From positions 7,200,001 to 7,264,000 of the forward strand of contig OY970303.1 of NCBI GenBank assembly GCA_963716255.1: a stretch of DNA of 64,000 bases. The letters run 5' to 3'. This document shows positions 9,128 through 19,797 of the stretch, one piece after another; within the stretch, counting starts at the first letter, position 1; every line of letters begins with the position of its first letter. This stretch comes from an uncultured Gemmatimonadales bacterium. Lineage in GTDB: Bacteria; Gemmatimonadota; Gemmatimonadetes; Longimicrobiales; Longimicrobiaceae. Made by a program: the position numbers and the translations under genes. Below the pieces are notes generated by a model. The model had not been told where the DNA came from. It saw only the letters and a list, made by a program, of their open reading frames with translations, and ran no database searches.

Positions 9128-10476
9128 AGGTTCTCCACCTCCCCTTCGGCTACGCCCCGGACCCGCCCGGCGGAACCGAGGCGTACGTGCGCGGGCTCTG
9201 CGCCGCGCTCCGCGCGCGCGGGGTGGAGTGCGCCGTCGCCGCGCCCGCCACCGGCGAGCCGGGGCGCTACGAGGTGGACGGGGTGAGCGTCCACCGCTTC
9301 GGCTTCGACCCCACCGACGACCCGCGCGCGCTGCACGGGCCCGGGTGCGCGCGCGCGGTGCGCGAGGCGATGGAGGTGGTGCGCGCGGAGGGGGCGGACG
9401 TGGTGCACCTGCACGCGTATACGCGCGCCGTCTCGCCCGCGCTGGCGCACGCGGCGCGCGCGGCGGGGATCCGCGTGGTCTTCACCTACCACACGCCGCA
9501 GGCCACCTGCGGGCGCGGCTCGCTGCTGGAATGGGGGCGCACCCCCTGCGACGGGCGCATGGATCCCGCTCGCTGCGCCGCCTGCGTGCTCCATGCGCGC
9601 GGGCTGTCCGCGGGCGCCAGCCGCGTGGTGGCCCGCACCCCCGCCGCCGTGGGCGCCGCCATCGGGGCCGCGGGCGCGCGGGGCCGGGTGTGGACGGCGC
9701 TGCGCATGGCCGAGCTGACCCGTCACCACGCGCGGATGTTCCGGCGGCTGGTGGAGGCCGCCGACGCCGTGGTCGTGCTCGCCCGGTGGAGCGAGGCCGT
9801 GATGCGCGCCAACGGCGTCCCCGCCGGCAAGGTGGTGGTGTCGCGCCCCGCGCTCGCGCGCGGGCTCCCCGCCGCTCCCCCGCCGCCCCGCGCGGCGGGC
9901 GCGCCGCTGCGGGTGTGCTTCGTGGGGCGGGTGGACCGGGTCAAGGGGCTCGCCGGGCTGGTCGCCGCGGTCCGCGCCGCCCCCGGCGCGCCGCTGCGGC
10001 TGGACGTGTACGCCGCGGCCGCCCCGGGCGCCGAAGCGCTGGAGGCCGAGCTGCGCGCCGCCGCGGCCCCCGACCCGCGCATCCGCTTCGCGGGTCCGCT
10101 CCCCCCGGAGCGGGTGGTGGAGACGATCGCGGAATACGACCTGCTCGCGGTCCCCTCCGAGGTGCTGGAGACCGGCCCGCTGGTGGTGCTGGAGGCGTTC
10201 GCGGCCGGCGTGCCCGTGCTGGGGAGCGACCTGGGCGGGATCGCCGAGCTGGTGAGGGCGGGGACGGACGGGGTGCTGGCCGCGCCCGGCTCCCTCGCCG
10301 CGTGGCGCGGCGCGCTCGAGCGCCTGGCGGGGGACCCCGCCGAGGTGGCCCGCCTGCGCGCCGGGGTGCGCCCCCCGCGGACCATGGCCGCCGCCGCCGC
10401 GGAGATGGAAGCGCTCTACCGCCGCCTGACCGGGAGCGCCGCCGCCCGGGCCCTCCCGGAGGAGGCGGCGCGATGA
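9124..10476 (+). CDS. GT4 glycosyltransferase
   Basis: MKVLHL..GGTEAY, FVGRVDRVKG, PS..LETGPLVVLEAFAAGVPV. Confidence 0.85.
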   Translation: MKVLHLPFGYAPDPPGGTEAYVRGLCAALRARGVECAVAAPATGEPGRYEVDGVSVHRFGFDPTDDPRALHGPGCARAVREAMEVVRAEGADVVHLHAYTRAVSPALAHAARAAGIRVVFTYHTPQATCGRGSLLEWGRTPCDGRMDPARCAACVLHARGLSAGASRVVARTPAAVGAAIGAAGARGRVWTALRMAELTRHHARMFRRLVEAADAVVVLARWSEAVMRANGVPAGKVVVSRPALARGLPAAPPPPRAAGAPLRVCFVGRVDRVKGLAGLVAAVRAAPGAPLRLDVYAAAAPGAEALEAELRAAAAPDPRIRFAGPLPPERVVETIAEYDLLAVPSEVLETGPLVVLEAFAAGVPVLGSDLGGIAELVRAGTDGVLAAPGSLAAWRGALERLAGDPAEVARLRAGVRPPRTMAAAAAEMEALYRRLTGSAAARALPEEAAR

Positions 10477-11651
10477 GCGGCCCCCGGGTCCTCCACCTCC
10501 AGTACGCCAACCCCGCCTCGTACCCGCCGCTGGAGCACGCCGCCCGCATCCTCGCCGGCCGCGGCGCGCGCGTCCGCTTCCTGGGTGTGCACGTGGGCGA
10601 GGTGCGCGCGCTGCGCTTCGCCGAGCGGGACGGGGTGGAGGTCCGCCTCCTCCCCGAGTGCCCGCCCGGGCCCAGGCAGAAGCTGCACTACCTGTGGTTC
10701 GTGGCGTGGGCGCTCTGGCACGTGCTGCGCTGGCGGCCGGACGCCGTGTACGTGTCGGACGTCACGGCGGCGCCGGCCGGGCTGCTCCTGCAGCGCGTCT
10801 CCGGGGTGCCGGTCGTGTACCACGAGCACGACGCGCCCCCCGCCTCGCTGGGGCGGCGGCGCTGGGGCCGCGTGTGCCTGGGCGCCCGCGGCCGGCTGGC
10901 CGCGGGCGCCGCGATGGTCGTGGTCCCCAACGCCGAACGCGCCCGCCTCCTCGCCGGGGAGAGCGGGGGCGCGCCCGCGGTGCACGTGGCGTGGAACTGC
11001 CCGGAGCGCGCCGAGGCGGTGCGGCCGCGACAGGCGGCGGACGGCCCGCTCCGCCTGGTCTTCCACGGCTCCATCGTCCCCGAGCGGCTCCCGCTCGCCG
11101 TGCTGGACGCCATGGCGCGCGCCGGGGCCCCCGTGGAGATGAGCGTCGCGGGCTACGAGCCCGCCGGCGGGCGCGGGTACAGCGACGCGCTGCGGGCGCG
11201 CGCCGCGGAGCTGGGGATGGGGGAGCGGGTCCGCTTCGCCGGGCCCGTCCGCCACCGCGCCGACCTCCTCCGCCTGTGCGCCGAGCACGACGCCGGCTTC
11301 GCGCTCATGCCGACGGTGTCCGACGACGTCAACCTGCGCTGGATGGCCGGCGCGTCCAACAAGCCCTTCGACTACCTGGCCTGCGGCGTGTGCCCCATCG
11401 TCTCCGACCTCCCCGAGTGGCGGCTCGCGTTCGTGGAGCCGGGGTACGCGCTCGCCTGCGACCCCGCCGACGCGGACAGCATCGCGGCGGCGCTGCGCTG
11501 GGCCGCCGCCCACCGGACGGAGCTGCGCGCCATGGCCGAGGCCGGCCGGCGCCGGGTGCTGGAGGACTGGAACTACGAGCACCAGTTCCGCCCCGTGGCC
11601 GACGTGCTGTGCGCCACCCCGGCGCGCCGCCGCGCGGAGACCCTCGCGTGA
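10473..11651 (+). CDS. GT4 glycosyltransferase
   Basis: YHEHD, VFHGSI, ASNKPFDYLACG; ATGA overlap with the previous gene. Confidence 0.8.
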   Translation: MSGPRVLHLQYANPASYPPLEHAARILAGRGARVRFLGVHVGEVRALRFAERDGVEVRLLPECPPGPRQKLHYLWFVAWALWHVLRWRPDAVYVSDVTAAPAGLLLQRVSGVPVVYHEHDAPPASLGRRRWGRVCLGARGRLAAGAAMVVVPNAERARLLAGESGGAPAVHVAWNCPERAEAVRPRQAADGPLRLVFHGSIVPERLPLAVLDAMARAGAPVEMSVAGYEPAGGRGYSDALRARAAELGMGERVRFAGPVRHRADLLRLCAEHDAGFALMPTVSDDVNLRWMAGASNKPFDYLACGVCPIVSDLPEWRLAFVEPGYALACDPADADSIAAALRWAAAHRTELRAMAEAGRRRVLEDWNYEHQFRPVADVLCATPARRRAETLA

Positions 11652-12817
11652 AGGTGGCGATGGTGGTGGGAGGGCGATACTTCGCCTTCGACATCGCGCG
11701 CGAGCTGCAGGCGCGCGGCGCGCTGGGCGGCGTGGCGTCGTCGTACGCCCTCGCCCCGCGCGAGGGGATCGCCCGGCGGCTCCTGCGCTGGAACCCCGCG
11801 CCCGACCTGCTGCGGCGCGCGGAGAGCCGTGTCTTCAGCACCCCCGGCACCGTGCTCGACCTGCGCTCCGCCACGCGCTTCGGGCGGTGGGCGGCGCGCC
11901 ACGTCCCCCCGGGCGACGTGGTGCACGCCTGGACCGGCTCCGCGCTGGAAACGCTGGCGGTCGCGCGCGAGCGCGGCTCGCTGGGGGTGGCGGTGCGGGC
12001 CAGCGCGCACGTCCGCGCCCAGGCGGCGATCCTGGAGGACGAGTTCGGGCGCTTCGGGTGGGACGCGCCGACGGTGGACCCGGCGATGGTCGAGCGCGAG
12101 TGCGCCGAGTACGACCGCGCGGACGCGGTGCACGTGTTCTCCACCTTCGCGCTGCGCACCTTCCTGGAGCAGGGCTTCCCGGCCGGGCGGCTGGTGATGA
12201 CCCCCATCGGGGTGGACGCCGGCGAGGTGGCCGCCGCGGACGGTCCGCCGCCGCCGCGCCCCGGCCCGCTGCGGGTGCTCGCGCTGGGGCACGTGGGGGT
12301 GCGCAAGGGGACGCACTACCTGCTGCGGGCGGCCCGGATGCTGGGCGCGCGCGGGGTGGCGGTGTCGCTGGTGGGGGGGCTCGCCCCGGAGGGCGGGGAG
12401 ATCCTGCGCCGCTACGGGCGCCCCGGCGAATGGCGGGGCGGGGTGCCGCGCAGCGCCCTGCGGCGCGTCTTCGCCGAGCACGACGTCCTGGTGCTCGCGT
12501 CGGTGGAGGACGGCTTCGGCGCGGTGGTCTGCGAGGCGATGGCCGCCGGCATCCCGGTGGTGGCGACGCGCAACACCGGCGCGCCCGACGTGGTGCGCGA
12601 GGGCGAGACGGGCTTGCTGGTCCCCGCCGGCTCCGCCGAAGCGCTCGCCGCGGCGCTGGCCACCCTCGCCGCCGACCGCGAGCGCTGCCGCGCCATGGGG
12701 CTCGCCGCCGCCGAGGCGATGCGCGCGCAGCGCACCTGGGGCCACATGGTGGACGAAATGCTCGCCGCGTACGGAGCGCTCGCCGGGCGGCGTGAGGAGG
12801 CGGCGTGCGCGTCCTGA
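11648..12817 (+). CDS. GT4 glycosyltransferase
   Basis: LGHVGVRKG, SVEDGFGAVVCEAMAAGIPVV. Confidence 0.85.
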   Translation: MKVAMVVGGRYFAFDIARELQARGALGGVASSYALAPREGIARRLLRWNPAPDLLRRAESRVFSTPGTVLDLRSATRFGRWAARHVPPGDVVHAWTGSALETLAVARERGSLGVAVRASAHVRAQAAILEDEFGRFGWDAPTVDPAMVERECAEYDRADAVHVFSTFALRTFLEQGFPAGRLVMTPIGVDAGEVAAADGPPPPRPGPLRVLALGHVGVRKGTHYLLRAARMLGARGVAVSLVGGLAPEGGEILRRYGRPGEWRGGVPRSALRRVFAEHDVLVLASVEDGFGAVVCEAMAAGIPVVATRNTGAPDVVREGETGLLVPAGSAEALAAALATLAADRERCRAMGLAAAEAMRAQRTWGHMVDEMLAAYGALAGRREEAACAS

Positions 12818-13851
12818 TCGTGGGCGAGGAGGCGCCGGGCGCCCTGGCGGACTCGTACGCGCGCGCCTTCCGCTCGCTGGGGGCGGAGGTCGCGCGCCTG
12901 TGTACGCGCCGCGGGGCGCGGCTGGGCGTGCCCGGCGCCGGCACCCGGGCCGGGCGGCGGCTCCTGGCCCCGCTGGCCGCGCGGGCGCTCAACCGGCGCG
13001 TGCGCCGGGCGGCGCGGGAGGGCGCCGACCTGGTCCTGGTGGTCAAGGGCGCGGAGCTGGAGGCGGCGACCGTCGCCGCGCTGCGCCGCGAGACGGGGGC
13101 GCCGGTGGTCAACGTCTACCCGGACGACCCGTTCTCCACCCTGCGCTCCAACCGGCTGCGCCACGGCCCGGCCGTGCTGCGGGAGTACACCCGCTGCTTC
13201 ACCTTCGCGCGCCACCTGGTGGACGCGTACGCCCGCGCCGGCGCCGCCGTGTCGTACCTCCCCTTCGCCTGGGACGAGCGGCTGCACGCCCCTCGCCCCG
13301 CCCCGGAGGGGGGCGAGACGCTGGACGCCGTGTTCGTGGGGAACCTGGACGCGGAGCGCATCCGCTGGCTGGAGGCCGTGGACCCGGCCCGCCTGGCCGT
13401 CTTCGGCGAGCACACGCGCGCCGCCCTCCCCCGGGGGAGCCGCCTGGCGCGCGCCCGCTTCTTCCCCGCCGTCTACGGACCCGACATGGCCGCGCTCCTG
13501 GCGCGCTCCCGCATCTCCCTCAACGTGATGCGGGCGCAGAACGCGGCCAGCCACAACATGCGCAGCTGGGAGTCGCCCGCGTGCGGCGCCTTCACCCTGA
13601 GCCAGCGCACCGCGGAGCTGGCGGAGCTCTTTTGCGACGGCGAGGAGGTCGCGCTCGCCGCCACCCCCGCCGCGCTGGGCGAGGCGGTGGAGCACTGGCT
13701 GACGCTCCCGGACGAGCGCGCCCGCATCGCCGCGGGCGGGCTGCGGCGCGTGGCCGGGGAAAGCTACGCCGCGCGCGCCGCCACCATCCTGCGCGAGGTG
13801 GGGCTCGCCGCGGGCGAGTCCGCTCCCGCCGCGCCCGGGAGCGCCGCGTGA
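12805..13851 (+). CDS. CgeB-like glycosyltransferase (Glyco_trans_1_2 type)
   Basis: YPDDPF, VFVG, SRISLN..HNMRSWESPACG motif. Confidence 0.75.
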   Translation: MRVLIVGEEAPGALADSYARAFRSLGAEVARLCTRRGARLGVPGAGTRAGRRLLAPLAARALNRRVRRAAREGADLVLVVKGAELEAATVAALRRETGAPVVNVYPDDPFSTLRSNRLRHGPAVLREYTRCFTFARHLVDAYARAGAAVSYLPFAWDERLHAPRPAPEGGETLDAVFVGNLDAERIRWLEAVDPARLAVFGEHTRAALPRGSRLARARFFPAVYGPDMAALLARSRISLNVMRAQNAASHNMRSWESPACGAFTLSQRTAELAELFCDGEEVALAATPAALGEAVEHWLTLPDERARIAAGGLRRVAGESYAARAATILREVGLAAGESAPAAPGSAA

Positions 13852-15131
13852 GCGTCGCCGCGAGCCCCGGGCCGGCGCCCGCGCCGCCGGCCGCGGCGGA
13901 GGGGCCGCTGCGCCTGGCGGTGTTCACCAGCCACCCCATCCAGTACCAGGCGCCGCTCTTCCGCGCCCTGGCCTCGCGCCCCGGGGTGGAGCCCACCGTG
14001 TACTTCGGCTCGCGGCACGGGCTGGACGAGGCGACGGACCGGGAGTTCGGGACCGCCTTCCGCTGGGACGTTCCCCTGGTGGACGGGTACGCGCACGTCT
14101 TCCTGCCCAACCGGGCGCGGCGCCCGGACGTCAGCCGCTTCGGGGGGATCCGGGTGCCGGACGTGGCGCGCCACTGGGCGGCCGGGCGCTTCGACGCGGC
14201 GCTGGTGCTGGGGTGGCAGAGCGTGGGGCACCTGCAGGCCATGCGCGCCGCCCACGCCGCCGGCATCCCCCTGCTCGTCCGCGGCGAGTCGCACCTGGGG
14301 ACGGGGGAGGGGAGCGGGGTCCGCGCGCGGCTGCGCCGGGCGCTGTGGCACCCCGTGCGGGAGCGCGTCTACCGCCGCATGCTCGGGCGGGCGGCGGGGG
14401 TGGTCGCCATCGGCACGCGCAACGCGGAGTTCTACCGGCACTTCGGCGTCGCCGAGGACCGCCTGCACCTGGCGCCGTACTGCGTGGACAACCGCCGGTT
14501 CGCGCTGGACGACGGGGAGCGCCGCCGGGCGCGCGCCGAGCTGCGCGCCGCGTGGGGCGTGGCCGGCGGCGCGACGGTGTTCGTGGCCTCGGGGAAGCTG
14601 GTTCCCCGGAAGCGGCCGCTGGACGTGGCCGCCGCCGCGGCGCTCGCCGCCGCCGCCGGGCACGACGTGCACGTGGTGTTCGTGGGCGACGGCGAGGAGC
14701 GAGCGGCGCTCCTCGCCCGCGCGGCCGCGCTGGGGATCGCCCACCGGGTGCGCGTCGCCGGCTTCGTGAACCAGCGGGAGCTTCCCCGCTGGTACGCCGC
14801 CGCGGACGCCCTGGTGCTGGCGTCGGAGGCGAGCGAGACGTGGGGGCTGGTGGTGAACGAGGCGATGGCCGCGGGGCTTCCCGTGCTGGTGAGCGCGGCG
14901 GCGGGGTGCGCGCCGGACCTGGTGCGCGAGGACGTCAACGGGTGGACCTTTCCGGCCGGGGAAGTGGACGCGCTGGCGGGGCGCATGGGCGCGCTCGCCG
15001 CCCTCCCGGCGGAGGCCCGCGCGGCCATGGGCGCGGCGTCGCGCGCGGTGGTGGGCGAGGCCACCGTGGAGCGCGCCGCCGGGGTGGTGGAGCGCGCGGC
15101 GCGCGGCGCCGCGGCGCGGAGGGGCGCGTGA
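13848..15131 (+). CDS. GT4 glycosyltransferase
   Basis: SHPIQYQAPLFR, SGKLVPRKRP, ETWGLVVNEAMAAGLPV. Confidence 0.85.
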   Translation: MSVAASPGPAPAPPAAAEGPLRLAVFTSHPIQYQAPLFRALASRPGVEPTVYFGSRHGLDEATDREFGTAFRWDVPLVDGYAHVFLPNRARRPDVSRFGGIRVPDVARHWAAGRFDAALVLGWQSVGHLQAMRAAHAAGIPLLVRGESHLGTGEGSGVRARLRRALWHPVRERVYRRMLGRAAGVVAIGTRNAEFYRHFGVAEDRLHLAPYCVDNRRFALDDGERRRARAELRAAWGVAGGATVFVASGKLVPRKRPLDVAAAAALAAAAGHDVHVVFVGDGEERAALLARAAALGIAHRVRVAGFVNQRELPRWYAAADALVLASEASETWGLVVNEAMAAGLPVLVSAAAGCAPDLVREDVNGWTFPAGEVDALAGRMGALAALPAEARAAMGAASRAVVGEATVERAAGVVERAARGAAARRGA

Positions 15132-16633
15132 GCGGCCCGGCGCGGCGGAGCGGCGTCGGCGGCTTCGTGCTCCTCGCCCTGGCGACGGCGCTCCCGGCGC
15201 TGCTGATCGCGGGCCACGACCCGCGCGTCCCCACCGGGACCCGGCTCTGGGCGGCGCTGCTCTGGGTGCTGTGCCTGCTGCCGAGCTGGGCCCGTTTCCT
15301 GGCGCTGACGCCCCGGCGTCCGATCCCCTTCCTCCCCATCGTCGGGCTCCTGTTCGCGAGCTTCTTCGCGCTGCCCATGTCGGCGCCGGTCGGGATGCTG
15401 GTGCAGCAGACGGTGCACATCAACCCGGCGGTGGACTACGACCTTCCCGTGCGGCTCGCCGTGGCGGGGTGGGCGTCGCTGCTGGCGGGCTACGCGTTCC
15501 TGGGCCTCGTGGGTGGGGCGGGACGCAGGCCGGCGGCGGCGGTCCGCTGGGACGCGCCGGCGCTCACCCGCCTGGCGCTGGCCCTCCTGGGCGCCAGCCT
15601 CGCCGTCCAGTTCGTCCGCCTGACGATGAACGTCCCCACGGTGGTCAACAGCATCGCGGTCCTGGTCGTCAGCTTCGGCTGGTTCGGCGCGGGGGTGCTG
15701 GTGATCCTGGCCGTCCGGGGCCAGCTGCCGTGGCCGGCGCGCGCGGCGATGGCCGCCGGGATCCTGGTCTCCGCCGTACTCCAGCTCGCGGGCGGCCAGG
15801 TCTCGGACGTGCTGGTGTGGGTGGCGGTCGTCAGCTTCGCCGTGCTCCTGGCGCGCGGCCACCTCGGCCGCCGCTGGATCCTTGTCATGGCGCTGCTGGG
15901 GTCCACGCTGATGATCTACCGCAGCATCAAGGGCGAGTGGAGCAACCTGGCCTGGTACAGCGGCACCCAGGTGTCGCCGCTCAAAAAGGTCCGGATCGCC
16001 TACGAGCTGGGCGCGCTGAGCGTGCGGGAAAGGGGCTTCGGGATGGCGGTGCTGGCGGGGATCGAGCGCACCGGCCGGTGGAGCACCGTGGACATGTTCG
16101 CCGACGTGGTGCGGAAGACGCCGCAGCGCGTCCCTTTCTGGGGCGGGCGCACGTACTACTCGCTGGCGGGGGTGCTGGTGCCGCGCGTGGTGTGGCCGGG
16201 GAAGCCCGTGAAGACGCTGGGGAACGACTTCGGGCAGCGGTACGGCTACCTCACCGCCGACGACCGGGGCACCTCCATCAACCTCCCCTTCTTCGTGGAG
16301 TTCTACCTGAACTTCGCCGTGACGGGGGTGATCGCCGGGATGTTCTTGGTGGGGATGCTGTACCAGGCGCTGGAGCGGCGCATCAACCGCCCGGGGCAGG
16401 ACGCCATCCTGTCCATCCTGGCGGTCAACGTGTTCGTGCCGCTCTTCAACGTGGAGTCGGACTTTTCCCTCCTGTTCGGCGGGATCTTCATGACGGGATT
16501 CCTCCAGTGGGTGCTCTTCCGGATGGTCCGCGCCCTGGCGGGGGAGAAGCCGCCGGCGCCGGCCCGGTCCGGCGCGGAGGCCGTCCCGGGCGGCGGCGCC
16601 GCGTGGGCGCTCCCCGCGCCCCCGTCCGCGTAG
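15128..16633 (+). CDS. Putative polysaccharide polymerase (Wzy-like)
   Basis: About 10-12 hydrophobic segments and a large loop (PFWGGRTY..VPRVVWPGKP..EFYLNF) inside the GT cluster. Confidence 0.65.
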   Translation: MSGPARRSGVGGFVLLALATALPALLIAGHDPRVPTGTRLWAALLWVLCLLPSWARFLALTPRRPIPFLPIVGLLFASFFALPMSAPVGMLVQQTVHINPAVDYDLPVRLAVAGWASLLAGYAFLGLVGGAGRRPAAAVRWDAPALTRLALALLGASLAVQFVRLTMNVPTVVNSIAVLVVSFGWFGAGVLVILAVRGQLPWPARAAMAAGILVSAVLQLAGGQVSDVLVWVAVVSFAVLLARGHLGRRWILVMALLGSTLMIYRSIKGEWSNLAWYSGTQVSPLKKVRIAYELGALSVRERGFGMAVLAGIERTGRWSTVDMFADVVRKTPQRVPFWGGRTYYSLAGVLVPRVVWPGKPVKTLGNDFGQRYGYLTADDRGTSINLPFFVEFYLNFAVTGVIAGMFLVGMLYQALERRINRPGQDAILSILAVNVFVPLFNVESDFSLLFGGIFMTGFLQWVLFRMVRALAGEKPPAPARSGAEAVPGGGAAWALPAPPSA

Positions 16634-16642
16634 CCCGCCGCC

Positions 16643-17773
16643 ATGCCGAGCCACGCCCCCGCGCGGTCCGCACCCCGGGCGGAGCCCCGCCTTCCCCCGC
16701 CGGGGCTGGCGGTGGTGAGCCTCACCCGGGGCGGCGACGGGATCGCGTACGTCGGCCGCCTGCTGCACGCGGCGCTGCGCGACCTGGCGGGCGAGGAGCC
16801 GCGCCTCGTCGCCCTGTCGCCCTCCTCGGAGGACGGGGTGTCGCTGGGGGAGCGGGGGCGCTTCGTGGCGCGGCTGGCGGCGGAGTCGGCGCGGCGCGGC
16901 GCCGGGGGGTGGATCTTCAACCACCTGGGGATCGCCCAGGCACAGCGGTGGGTGCCGGCGCCGCTGCGGCGCCCGTACGCGGTGTTCCTCAACGGGATCG
17001 AGGCGTGGGACCCGGCGCTGGCCCCCGCGCGCATGGCGGCGGTGCGGGGCGCGCGGGCCCGGGTCGCCATCTCGGGGTACACCCGCCGCCGCGTGCTCGC
17101 GGCGCACCCGGACGTGGGCCCGGTGGACGCGTGCCCGCTGGGGCTGCTGGACGACGCGCCCGCGGGTCCGGTGGACGCGGCGCTGCTGGAGCGGGTGGGC
17201 CCGCTCGCCGTGCTGGTGGTCGCGCGCATGAGCGCCTCCGAGCGCTACAAGGGGCACGACCAGCTGATCGAGTGCTGGCCGCGCCTCCTGGAGCGCGTCC
17301 CCGGGGCGCAGCTGGTGGTCGCCGGGCGCGGCGACGACGCCGAGCGCCTGCGCCGCAAGGCGTCCGCGGCGGGGCTGGCGGAGCACGTCCTGTTCCCCGG
17401 CTTCGTCCCCGACGCCACGCTGGAAGCGCTCTTTTGCCGCGCGGCGCTGTTCGCCATGCCCAGCCGCGGCGAGGGGTTCGGGCTGGTGTACCTCCAGGCG
17501 ATGCGCGCGGGGCTCGCCTGCGTGGGCTCCGACGCGGACGCCGCGGGCGACGTGATCGTGCACGGCGAGACCGGCCTGCTGGTGGACCCGCTGGACCCGG
17601 CCGCGCTCGCGGACGCGCTGGCGCGCCTCCTGGGCGACACGGCGCTCCGCGGCCGGATGGGGGAGGCGGGACGGCGCCGCTTCCACGACGGCTTCACCTT
17701 CGCCCGCTTCCGCGACCGCCTGGCGCCCATCCTGGCGGGCGCGTTCGGCGCGCCGGCGCCCGGGAGGCGCTGA
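16643..17773 (+). CDS. GT4 glycosyltransferase (PimB-like)
   Basis: VARM...ERYKGHD, PSRGEGFGLVYLQAM. Confidence 0.85.
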   Translation: MPSHAPARSAPRAEPRLPPPGLAVVSLTRGGDGIAYVGRLLHAALRDLAGEEPRLVALSPSSEDGVSLGERGRFVARLAAESARRGAGGWIFNHLGIAQAQRWVPAPLRRPYAVFLNGIEAWDPALAPARMAAVRGARARVAISGYTRRRVLAAHPDVGPVDACPLGLLDDAPAGPVDAALLERVGPLAVLVVARMSASERYKGHDQLIECWPRLLERVPGAQLVVAGRGDDAERLRRKASAAGLAEHVLFPGFVPDATLEALFCRAALFAMPSRGEGFGLVYLQAMRAGLACVGSDADAAGDVIVHGETGLLVDPLDPAALADALARLLGDTALRGRMGEAGRRRFHDGFTFARFRDRLAPILAGAFGAPAPGRR

Positions 17774-19629
17774 TGTGCGGGATCGCGGGGGCTTTCGGGG
17801 GGCAGGGCGCCGTGGGCGCGGCGCGGCGCATGGGGCGGGGGATCGCCCACCGCGGCCCGGACGGCTCCGCCCTCGCCGCGCTGGACGCGGCGGACGGCGG
17901 CGAGGCCGGCGCCATCGCGCACGCGCGGCTCGCCGTCATCGACCCCACCTCCGCCGGCGACCAGCCGATGTCGACCGCCGACGGCCGCTGGACGCTGGTG
18001 TTCAACGGGGAGATCTACAACTACCGGGCGCTCCGCGACGGCCTGTGCGCCGCGGGGGACCGCTTCCGCAGCGGATCGGACACGGAAGTGCTCCTCCTGG
18101 GGCTCGCGCGCCACGGTCCACCCTTCCTGGAGCGGCTGCGGGGGATGTTCGCGCTGGCGCTGTGGGACCGCGAGCGGGGGGAAGGGCTCCTGGCCCGGGA
18201 CCGCTTCGGGATCAAACCGCTGTACCTGGCGGATGCCGCGGGGCGGCTGGTCTTCGCCAGCGAGTTGCGCGCGGTGCTGGCGTCCGGGTGGACGGGGCGC
18301 GCCCTGTGCCCCGCCGCGGTGGCGTCGTACCTCGCCGCGGGCTCCGTGGCGGAGCCCCGGTCCGCGGTCCGGGGGGTGGGCGCCCTCCCCCCCGGCACCT
18401 TCGCCCGCTTCCGGGTGCGCGGCGGGGCGGCCACGCTGGACGCGCCCGAGGGGTACGCGTCCCCGCTCCCGCACTCCGCCGGGGCCCCGGAGCGCGACCC
18501 GGCGCGCGCGGCGCGGGGGGTGAGGGATGCGCTCCGCGACTCGGTGGAGCACCACCTGGTGGCGGACGTGCCCGTGGGCTTCTTCCTGTCCGGCGGGATC
18601 GACTCGTCGGCGGTGGCGGCGCTGGCCGCGGAGGCGCGCGGCGGGGCGGTGGACACCTTCACCGTGGTGTTCGAGGAGCGGGAGTTCAGCGAGGCGGGGA
18701 TCGCGGCCGCGGTGGCGCGGCGCCTGGGGGCGCGCCACCACGAGATCGCCCTGTCCGGCGGCGGGCTGCTGGCGGCGCTCCCGGACGCCTTCGCCGCCAT
18801 GGACCAGCCCTCGATGGACGGGCTCAACACCTACGTGGTCAGCCGGGCGGTGCGGGCGCACGGCCTCAAGGTGGTGCTTTCCGGGCTGGGGGGCGACGAG
18901 CTGTTCGCCGGGTACCCGTCCTTTTCCCGCGCGCGCGCCCTCGCCCGCCTGCCGCGCTGGACGGGACCGCTGCGCCGCGCGGCCGCCTCGGCGGCGGGGC
19001 GGCTGGAGGGCGCGCGCGCCGAGAAGGGCGCGCTGCTGCTGCGCGATCCCGACCCGGCGCTCGCCGCGTACCGCGCCTCGCGCGCGCTCTTCGGGCCGCG
19101 CGCGGTGCGCGCGCTGGCGGGCCGGGAAGCGGACCCGGGCACGGCGCGCCCCCCCGCGGGGCTCCCCCTGCTGCAGCGGGTGTCGTGGCACGAGACCACC
19201 GGCTACATGCGCGACACGCTGCTCCGCGACTCGGACGTGTTCAGCATGGCGCACGGCCTGGAGCTGCGCGTGCCCTTCGTGGACGCGGCGGTGGCCGCGG
19301 CGGCCGCCGCGGCGGACGACCGCCTCAAGCTGGGCCGCGGCTCCAAGCCGCTCCTCGTCGCCGCCGTGGCCGACCTCCTCCCCCGCGAGGTGTGGGACCG
19401 TCCCAAGCAGGGCTTCACCCTCCCCTTCGCGACGTGGCTCCGCGGCGCGCTCCACGACGAGGTCGCGGGGGCGTTCGCCGACGGTCCGTGGGAGCGCGTG
19501 GGGGTGGACGCCGCCGCGGCGCGCGCGGTGTGGAGCGACTTCGGCGCCGGCCGCGCGGGGTGGAGCCGCCCGTGGGCGCTGTACACGCTGCTCCGCTGGG
19601 CGCGGCACAACGACGTGGAGGCGGGGTGA
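17773..19629 (+). CDS. asnB: Asparagine synthase (glutamine-hydrolysing) family amidotransferase
   Basis: N-terminal MCGIAG, HRGPD, FNGEIYN, RDRFGIKPLY, LSGGIDSS, SGLGGDELF. Confidence 0.92.
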   Translation: MCGIAGAFGGQGAVGAARRMGRGIAHRGPDGSALAALDAADGGEAGAIAHARLAVIDPTSAGDQPMSTADGRWTLVFNGEIYNYRALRDGLCAAGDRFRSGSDTEVLLLGLARHGPPFLERLRGMFALALWDRERGEGLLARDRFGIKPLYLADAAGRLVFASELRAVLASGWTGRALCPAAVASYLAAGSVAEPRSAVRGVGALPPGTFARFRVRGGAATLDAPEGYASPLPHSAGAPERDPARAARGVRDALRDSVEHHLVADVPVGFFLSGGIDSSAVAALAAEARGGAVDTFTVVFEEREFSEAGIAAAVARRLGARHHEIALSGGGLLAALPDAFAAMDQPSMDGLNTYVVSRAVRAHGLKVVLSGLGGDELFAGYPSFSRARALARLPRWTGPLRRAAASAAGRLEGARAEKGALLLRDPDPALAAYRASRALFGPRAVRALAGREADPGTARPPAGLPLLQRVSWHETTGYMRDTLLRDSDVFSMAHGLELRVPFVDAAVAAAAAAADDRLKLGRGSKPLLVAAVADLLPREVWDRPKQGFTLPFATWLRGALHDEVAGAFADGPWERVGVDAAAARAVWSDFGAGRAGWSRPWALYTLLRWARHNDVEAG

Positions 19630-19648
19630 TGGGAAATCCGGCGAGGGG

Positions 19649-19732
19649 CCCTCACCCGGCGGCCTCCGAGCCGCCACCCTCTCCCTTCATACGGTTCACG
19701 CGAAGCGTGAAGCGCCATTCTGGGAGAGGGGG
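19649..19732. repeat. REP-like palindromic element (CCCTCACCC..CCCTCTCCC..GGGAGAGGG)
   Basis: Arms CCCTCTCCC/GGGAGAGGG enclose the hairpin TTCACGC-GAA-GCGTGAA; related element in opposite orientation at 22046-22095. Confidence 0.7.
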
Positions 19733-19797
19733 CAACTGCTGGATATCGAGCCTGAGCGAGCCGGGTGGGGGCCCCGGCGGACGCCAGCGCGATGCCC